Shown here: in pieces, positions 58,081-64,000 of the stretch
Layout: each line of letters begins with the position of its first letter
Numbering within the stretch: position 1 is the first letter of the stretch
Assembly: GCA_025359505.1 (NCBI GenBank)
Contig: JANYHH010000035.1
Coordinates: 21,966 to 85,965 of the forward strand
Direction: 5' to 3'
From: Deinococcales bacterium
Lineage (GTDB): Bacteria > Deinococcota > Deinococci > Deinococcales > JAAFIG01
Length of the DNA: 64,000 nt
Made by a program: the position numbers and the translations under genes
The notes under the pieces: model-generated
The model's input: only the letters and a program-made list of their open reading frames with translations
Told to the model about the DNA's origin: nothing
The model's database searches: none

Positions 58081-58231
58081 GGGTGCGTCAGCTTAACGTA
58101 CTCAACTGCGGCGCTCGAGCCTGCGTGCGGTTTGAGGATCGGGGCGCTTCATCCGAATGCGTGTGCTGTACAGCATCTGCATGGCTTCTCGAGCCGCGAA
58201 TTCAATGCTCGGAACGATGGAGCCACACGGT

Positions 58232-58753
58232 TCACTCCTCGCGGCGTCCTTGGAGCATCAACTGGGCAAGTGTGGCGAACGTCGCTTCCACGCCAGCGCC
58301 GGTTTTCGCGCTGGCTCGCGTCAGACCGTACACGTCAAGCGCTGTGATCTGAGCAGCACTGACCTGCCAGTCCACGTGCAGGTCGGCTTTGTTGGCGATC
58401 ATCACGCTGGGAACGCTCGCCCCTCTGGCTTCGACGGTTTCGCGCAAACGCAAGGCGAACTCGAGGGTGTCCGGGCGGGTCGGGTCGAAGACCAGCAGGT
58501 AACCGTGCATGCCGCGCAGGTACGAGCTTTGCACCCGCTCGAACATCTCATCGCCGTTCAAGTCCCAGAGCATCAGTTGCACTTCACCGCTGGGGGTAAC
58601 GACGGTGCGGGCGTCGATTTTCGCGCCGATGGTCACGAGGTAGCGCTCGTCAAAAAGGCCGCTGACGAAGCGCTGAATCAAACTGGTTTTTCCGACGCCC
58701 GGCGCACCGAGCAGGCAAACCTTTTTGTAGATCACTCGTCGATCACCGCGCAC
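58232..58753 (-). CDS. Ras-superfamily small GTPase
   Basis: G1 GAPGVGKTSL, G3 WDLNGDE, G4 NKADL. 173 aa. Confidence 0.85.
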   Translation of the reverse strand: MRGDRRVIYKKVCLLGAPGVGKTSLIQRFVSGLFDERYLVTIGAKIDARTVVTPSGEVQLMLWDLNGDEMFERVQSSYLRGMHGYLLVFDPTRPDTLEFALRLRETVEARGASVPSVMIANKADLHVDWQVSAAQITALDVYGLTRASAKTGAGVEATFATLAQLMLQGRREE

Positions 58754-58774
58754 TCCGTTTCAGGGTTTGGTATT

Positions 58775-60247
58775 TCAGGGCCTGGCGCTGATGATTTTAA
58801 TGCCATCTAGATTAAACCGCGCCACGCCAGCAATCGCGGTCACTCTGACCTGTGCGTTCGCAAGCCATGTTGTAGAGGCGCTGCCTGAAGCCAACAACAC
58901 CCCGTCGTTCGAGAGCTGTAAGCGCACAGTGCTGGGCGGCTCGAGCGCGATCATGGCGCGTTTGAGCACAAAGACCGACTCGAGCGACGCGAACGGGCGC
59001 AGGTTGGAGCGCACCTGCGCGGCCGGCAAGCCGTGCTGCTCGAGTAGCGCAGCAGGGTTGACCCCAAGCGGATCCCGCAGACCCTCGAGTACCCACCGAC
59101 CGTTTTGTTGGCTGACGTTGGTCAGCGCAATGCCGGGTGCGTTTCGCAGCGCTGCAAAGAACCCATCCCACCGCGCCCGCTCGCGTTGAGCGAGCAGCAG
59201 CACCCCGGCGATAGCCACGACAATCACAGCGATTAACGCAGCAACCCGCTGCGGTTGCCGAGGGTGAGTGACCCGTGGCGTTTTCGGTGCTCGAGCGCCA
59301 CGGTAGGCGGCGACCAGTAACTCGGTCAGTTCATTGCGGGTGATTTCAAAATGCTGGGGGTCGCCGTCAAACTCGTGCAGCGCATCATTGGAGTGCTGAT
59401 GGACGCCCTCTAAGAGTTGCGCGAGGCGGTCGCGCAGTTCCTGCGGTGGCGAGCCGCGCACGACGACCGCCACCACGGCCAGCGGCCCGGTTTCGACGTG
59501 AACGGCCAGCTCACCGAGCTGGAACTGATCGAGGTTATCGCTGGTCTGAAAAGAATCCTGCGCGAAATCGCGGATCGCGGTCAGCATCGCCGACACGAGA
59601 CCCGCATCCGGGGTGCTCGAGCCGACGACACCTTCGTGCAGCAACACCAGACCGGTCTCGCGGTGAATCAGGTAGGCTTGTTCGACGCGGTACTCCAAGG
59701 TTTTGAGTAAGACGATCTCACCAAACGAGCGCCCCGTGCGCGACGCCTCGAGCCGCCAACGAAGGGCTTCCAGCGTCAAAGTCTGGTCGATTGCGCGGCT
59801 CAAACTTGCCGAAGCCGCCGCGAGGGTGTGCGCGACCGTGCGCCGAATTGCCGGGCCGAGGATCGGAAAGAGAATTTCCGCCAGCACGAGCGGCGTGCGC
59901 TTGACCGACACGCGCAATGCGTCCTCGACCAGTGGTCGCAGTGACCGTGCGAACTGCGGATCGCGCCCAGCGCGTTCGAGCATTGCCTCAAGGAGTACGT
60001 CTGAGACGGCCGCTGTGCGCCCGGATTCGCTGAGCACCAGCGTCTCGAGCTGAGCGATGCGCTCGCGTTCCCCGGACAGCAGCAATGCCTGCAACTCGTC
60101 CAGACCCGCTGGGCTGAGCTGACCGTCCTCGAGCTGATCTGAGCTGAGTTGCTTGTCCTCGAGCTGATCTGAGCTGAGTTGCTTGTCCTCGAGCCGTTCT
60201 CCCTCAGGGGGCTGCGACGATTCCCGTGCGGGCAAAGCGCGGTTCAC
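58775..60247 (-). CDS. Bitopic membrane protein: acidic repeat N-terminus, cytoplasmic domain (possibly roadblock/LC7-like), one TM, and a periplasmic C-terminal domain
   Basis: GTGA overlap with the upstream coiled-coil gene. TM segment VAALIAVIVVAIAGVLLLA. The block YLIHRETGLVLLHEG...AMLTAIRDFAQDSF. Tandem LEDKQLSSDQ repeats. Confidence 0.6.
   Translation of the reverse strand: MNRALPARESSQPPEGERLEDKQLSSDQLEDKQLSSDQLEDGQLSPAGLDELQALLLSGERERIAQLETLVLSESGRTAAVSDVLLEAMLERAGRDPQFARSLRPLVEDALRVSVKRTPLVLAEILFPILGPAIRRTVAHTLAAASASLSRAIDQTLTLEALRWRLEASRTGRSFGEIVLLKTLEYRVEQAYLIHRETGLVLLHEGVVGSSTPDAGLVSAMLTAIRDFAQDSFQTSDNLDQFQLGELAVHVETGPLAVVAVVVRGSPPQELRDRLAQLLEGVHQHSNDALHEFDGDPQHFEITRNELTELLVAAYRGARAPKTPRVTHPRQPQRVAALIAVIVVAIAGVLLLAQRERARWDGFFAALRNAPGIALTNVSQQNGRWVLEGLRDPLGVNPAALLEQHGLPAAQVRSNLRPFASLESVFVLKRAMIALEPPSTVRLQLSNDGVLLASGSASTTWLANAQVRVTAIAGVARFNLDGIKIISARP
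60125..60194. repeat. 30-bp in-frame tandem repeat, 2.3 copies (gtcctcgagctgatctgagctgagttgctt)
   Basis: Exact duplication. Encodes LEDKQLSSDQ x2 in ORF 58775..60247, and each unit carries CTCGAG. Confidence 0.9.
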
Positions 60248-60834
60248 GCGAGGTCTTCACCATCGCGGCCGATCAGCAACGCCAGATCAGCCAGTGACCG
60301 CGCCAATGTCTGGCGATCCAACTTGTCGCGCTTCAAGACCGTGACCTCGCGCTCCAAAGTCGCTTGGGTGTGCTCGCGCAGCAGTTTTAAGTCAGCCGCG
60401 AAGCGCTTGCCTTGCTCGAGCAGCGCTTCGCGCAGCTCCGCGAGGCTGGTCTCACTCGTCTGCGCCTGCACCGATAGTTTGCGCTCCGCGTCGGTGCGAT
60501 CCATCTCTGCTTGTCTGGCGGTGCGCTCAGCTAACTCCAAGCGGGCATTGGCTTCGGTGGTCAAACGGTCTTTAAGCGCTTGCAGTTCCTGCTTGAAAAA
60601 CCCTTCCAGCGCCGCGATGCGCTCCCCACCCTCGCGCTCCATGCCCTCGAGATCGCCGCGCAAGCGCTCTTCAGAATGGGTCAAACGGCGCTCTATCTCA
60701 CGCGACTGCTGCCCGAAGAGGATATCGCGCACCTTTTCTAGATTGCCAGACTCGGGTAAGGCCTCGCTCGCCACGATCACAGCCAGAGGGGTTTCGGATT
60801 GGCCATTAGCTTTAGATTTACTTCCAGCGGACAT
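60244..60834 (-). CDS. Coiled-coil protein of unknown function
   Basis: 196 aa, heptad-rich and Glu/Arg/Leu-rich, with the motif VRDILFGQQSREIERRL. The start lies 8 nt after the kinase stop. Confidence 0.6.
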   Translation of the reverse strand: MSAGSKSKANGQSETPLAVIVASEALPESGNLEKVRDILFGQQSREIERRLTHSEERLRGDLEGMEREGGERIAALEGFFKQELQALKDRLTTEANARLELAERTARQAEMDRTDAERKLSVQAQTSETSLAELREALLEQGKRFAADLKLLREHTQATLEREVTVLKRDKLDRQTLARSLADLALLIGRDGEDLA

Positions 60835-60842
60835 AACTTGAA

Positions 60843-62477
60843 CTATAGACCAGATTGCTCAACGAAGCCGTGCTTTTCGTGCGCTGGATTTTGACCCGAG
60901 CGTTGAGCGCTTGGCAAGACCAGTGTAAAGCTGCTGCCGATCCCCAGTTGGCTGCTGACCTCGATGCGCCCGCCGTGCAGCTCGGCGAGTTTCTGCGATA
61001 GCGTCAAACCCAAACCGAAGCTGCGGTGATGGGCGGGGCTGTTTCTGGCTTGTGTGAACGGTTCAAAAATCTTGGCGAGGTCATCTTCCAGTAAACCAAT
61101 GCCGGTGTCCGTCACCATCAAGCGCTGCCAGTCTCCGTCCGTAGCGAGGCTCAGGCGCACAGAGCCGCCGCTCGAGGTGAATTTCACGGCGTTGGAGAGT
61201 AAGTTGACCAGAATCTGGCGGACTGAGCGCTCGTCGCCGTAAATCGGGGCTGGATTCGCACCCACCTCGAGCGACAGGATCACGCCGTTTTGCTGCGCGG
61301 CTGTTTTCAGCATCGACAAGCAACTCCGCAGCAACGGTGCGGGGCGGAGGAGTTTCGGCGCGAAGTTGGCGGCCCCCGCACCGAGCTTGGATAGATCCAG
61401 CAGATCGGAAATCAGCGCGAATAGGTGATCGCTGGCCGAGCGAATCTCCTTGGCGAAATCAATTTGGTCTGGGCTGAGCGATCCCAAGCCCGGATCGAGC
61501 AGCAAATCGCAGTAACCGCTGATCGCGTGCAGCGGCGTGCGTAACTCGTGCGTGACGAAATTGAAGAACTCACCCCGAGCACTGAGCGCCTGATCTGTGG
61601 CTTGGGCTGATCGCCTTGCAGCGCTTTCGCTGCGCCGCAGGGCGCTGGTGTCGATGCCCGTGATGACCACGTGACTGATTGCGCCGCTGCCATCGCGCAG
61701 TATTGAACACGACAGCGCCGCGTGTCGCCTCGAGCCATCGGTGGTGAGCCACGATAGTTCGCCGTGCGAGACCAGTGCGCCGCACAGCACGCGGCGCATC
61801 GCCCGCTCGACGAGGCGAGCGGCGACTGGATCGCTGAACAATGCCCAGATCGGCTGATGCTCAGCCATGGCGCTGTCGATGCCCAGCATCTGCTCGGCGC
61901 AAGGGTTCAAGCGGGCGACGCAACCCAACGCATCCGTCGCAATCGCCAGAAAATCTGCGTTTTGCGCGACCGCATCGTAAAAATTTCGCTCCTGCTCCAA
62001 CCGCGCCGCCGATCCGTGCCACTCGAGTTGCGAGGCTATGCCAGCGGCCAAATCTTGCAGCGCCTCGAGATCGCACGGGTCGGTGTGTGAGCGACGCACG
62101 CTGTCGATCACGCAGAGCGTGCCGATCAACTGTCCCTGTTTGGTGATGAGCGGCACGCCGATGTAAAAGCGCAGCTCGGGCAGCGCGGCGAACCGTTCGT
62201 CGCTGCCGACATCCAGCAGCACCTCGAGCACCGCGCTGGGTTGAACGCCAGCCAAGCCGCGAAGCAGGGCGTCCCACTCGAGACTTGCGGACGAGGTGAT
62301 GCCGATGATCGAAAACGGTTGCGCTGAGGCGGGCAGGATCATTGCCACGGGTGCAGCCAATAAGTGCAGCGCGACCCTGAGCAGCGGGGAAAGCGCTGAC
62401 TCTAGTCCTGCATCCAAACGCGCTCGCGCCGACGGATCGGCTGAAGGTGGTCGTCGGGTGGTCGTCGGTGACGCCAT
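60843..62477 (-). CDS. Cytoplasmic sensor histidine kinase (GAF + PAS + HisKA + HATPase_c)
   Basis: H-box FVTHELRTPLHAISGY, plus N/G1/G2 boxes (NLLSNAVKF, DTGIGL, GLGLTL). No TM segment. Confidence 0.9.
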   Translation of the reverse strand: MASPTTTRRPPSADPSARARLDAGLESALSPLLRVALHLLAAPVAMILPASAQPFSIIGITSSASLEWDALLRGLAGVQPSAVLEVLLDVGSDERFAALPELRFYIGVPLITKQGQLIGTLCVIDSVRRSHTDPCDLEALQDLAAGIASQLEWHGSAARLEQERNFYDAVAQNADFLAIATDALGCVARLNPCAEQMLGIDSAMAEHQPIWALFSDPVAARLVERAMRRVLCGALVSHGELSWLTTDGSRRHAALSCSILRDGSGAISHVVITGIDTSALRRSESAARRSAQATDQALSARGEFFNFVTHELRTPLHAISGYCDLLLDPGLGSLSPDQIDFAKEIRSASDHLFALISDLLDLSKLGAGAANFAPKLLRPAPLLRSCLSMLKTAAQQNGVILSLEVGANPAPIYGDERSVRQILVNLLSNAVKFTSSGGSVRLSLATDGDWQRLMVTDTGIGLLEDDLAKIFEPFTQARNSPAHHRSFGLGLTLSQKLAELHGGRIEVSSQLGIGSSFTLVLPSAQRSGQNPAHEKHGFVEQSGL

Positions 62478-62539
62478 GGCACTAGCCTACCAACAGCAGC
62501 CCTGCTGATGGTGATGATTTTAGCCCCGAGCCTCGGTGC

Positions 62540-63514
62540 TTAGACCATGCGCTGGCAAAGTGCGACGGCTGCGTCCCAGCCGATGACGCCGCCGGTCGCG
62601 CCGAGCGCGGAAACGCAGAGCGCACCCGTGGCATTGCCGATGCGGGCGCTCTCGAGCAGGTCAAACCCGCGCAATCGCGCTGCCAGAAACCCTGCGATGA
62701 ACGCATCGCCCGCGCCCGTCCCATCGATCGCTTCGACGCTTGGCGCGAGCACATCGTGATGTTCACCCCCCTTGTCCATCACGAACGATCCCTGTGGCCC
62801 CATCTTCAATGCCACGACCTGCCGCACGCCCAGCGCGAACAGTCCCAGCGCGATCTCTCGAGGGGACGCGCTTTCTGGTAAGCCCACAATGGCTCTTGCT
62901 TCGTGAATGCTCGGGCAGAAAATATCAGTCTGCTCGAGTACGGGTGCGATCAAACTTGACCAGCGCCCCGTCGCGTCCCAGACGCAATCGAGCGAGGTGG
63001 TTATTCCAAGCTCGGTGGCTCGAGCGAACAGGTCACTCGCGGGTTCACCGCGCTCGCCTTCCATCGCGGTCAAGATGAAAAAGCCAGCCAAGTGTAAAAC
63101 CTTGCAACCCCTCGCTTTGAGATCCTCGAGCGGCACGTCACTCGGGGTCAGTTTGGCGTTCGCGCCGATACTGTGCAGAAACGTGCGCTCGCCGTCGGGT
63201 GTGACCGTCACCAGACTCGAGGATGTGCCGGCTGTCAAATCGCGCTTGAGTAAACTCGAGTCGCAACCAACGCGCCTTGCTTCAGCCTCGAGAAAATCTC
63301 CGAAGCCGTCCGCGCCAATCCGTCCAATCAGTGCGACGCCCACGCCGAGCTTGGCGAGGTCGTACCCCGTGCTGGCTGCGCTGCCACCACTGTACAAACC
63401 GATCGTGTCCACCAACTCGAGTTGCCCCAATTGCGGCTGTTTGAGGACAGGACGCGCCACGCAATCGGCAACGACGATGCCCACGCAGGCCACGTCGATC
63501 GTCTCGAGCTTCAC
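62540..63514 (-). CDS. PfkB-family carbohydrate kinase
   Basis: GGSAAST N-terminal motif and the DGTGAGDAFIAGF C-terminal motif. Confidence 0.85.
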   Translation of the reverse strand: MKLETIDVACVGIVVADCVARPVLKQPQLGQLELVDTIGLYSGGSAASTGYDLAKLGVGVALIGRIGADGFGDFLEAEARRVGCDSSLLKRDLTAGTSSSLVTVTPDGERTFLHSIGANAKLTPSDVPLEDLKARGCKVLHLAGFFILTAMEGERGEPASDLFARATELGITTSLDCVWDATGRWSSLIAPVLEQTDIFCPSIHEARAIVGLPESASPREIALGLFALGVRQVVALKMGPQGSFVMDKGGEHHDVLAPSVEAIDGTGAGDAFIAGFLAARLRGFDLLESARIGNATGALCVSALGATGGVIGWDAAVALCQRMV

Positions 63515-64000
63515 GCGCCCCCCATGGAGGCTGGCTCGAGCTTAGCGACGCTGCCCGAGCGCTGACTCTCGAGCGCAGCGGTGAACAGGGCGTGACTGAG
63601 CGCAGCTTCGGTTGGCGTGCCGCACTGGAATCTGGGCGTGTTGCCCGCGACCTCATCGCAGAATGCGGCCCACATCTGCTGGATCGCATCGGTGAAGCCA
63701 AACTCGAAGATGCTCCCCGTGATCGTCGGGTAGACCGTTTCAAACCCAATGTCTTGCTCATGCCACGCCTGCGGCTGACCCGCTGTGTACGGCAATGTTC
63801 GCAGCGTCTTCGGGTGTTTCGTGCTGAACTCCGCGCTCAGCTCACTGCCGATCACGCGAATGAACCACGTGTTTGCCTCGCCCGGCGCGATGCGCTTCAT
63901 GCTCAGGGTCATCGGAAACTCGTAGTGTCCGAACCTCGAGTCCTCGAGCGCCACGCTGGTCAGCAGGTGCGCGTTGTCCCATGTCTCGCACGGAACCATA
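63511..64000 (-). CDS. Gfo/Idh/MocA-family oxidoreductase, C-terminal part (5' end outside the window)
   Basis: The ORF is open to the window edge. The assignment from the C-terminal alpha/beta-domain pattern is tentative. Confidence 0.5.
   Translation of the reverse strand, partial: MVPCETWDNAHLLTSVALEDSRFGHYEFPMTLSMKRIAPGEANTWFIRVIGSELSAEFSTKHPKTLRTLPYTAGQPQAWHEQDIGFETVYPTITGSIFEFGFTDAIQQMWAAFCDEVAGNTPRFQCGTPTEAALSHALFTAALESQRSGSVAKLEPASMGGA

Overview
The window is high-GC (~60%) chromosomal DNA. It most likely comes from a member of the Deinococcus-Thermus phylum. Two features support this: a V/A-type ATPase operon in Thermus/Deinococcus gene order, and a RecQ with three HRDC domains. All calls come from reading the sequence and ORF track by eye, with no database search.

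Gene content, left to right:
- recQ (frame-broken, runs off the left edge), a UbiD-family decarboxylase and a prepilin peptidase.
- A small lower-GC block of three genes, then trmFO and an HD-GYP phosphodiesterase.
- A CcoG/FixH-like polyferredoxin module.
- A LacI-controlled sugar ABC transporter with GH32 and trehalase genes.
- An NPCBM/beta-helix lipoprotein and an RlmI-like methyltransferase.
- The V-ATPase operon (27141-36558), with an extra secreted SecD-head-like ORF inserted between atpA and atpB.
- An S9 peptidase, an RHH+HNH pair and a P450/flavin reductase/ABM redox cluster.
- ackA, an adaA-ogt-cupin operon and a complete PvuII-type R-M-C system.
- galT with a Rieske protein, an endonuclease III, an orphan response regulator, a TPR-CPBP protease and a patatin.
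- An operon encoding a GAF/PAS histidine kinase, a coiled-coil protein, a membrane protein and a Ras-like GTPase.
- PfkB kinase and Gfo/Idh/MocA genes (the latter runs off the right edge).

No rRNA, tRNA, CRISPR array or transposase was recognised.

Most unusual observations:
1. The palindrome CTCGAG occurs about every 100-200 bp, in coding DNA (all three codon phases) and in non-coding DNA. This resembles a highly iterated palindrome.
2. CAGCTG has the same base composition and is the expected target of the resident PvuII-like system. I did not see it anywhere.
3. The kinase/coiled-coil/membrane protein/small GTPase operon is uncharacterised.
4. An ORF is inserted inside the V-ATPase operon.
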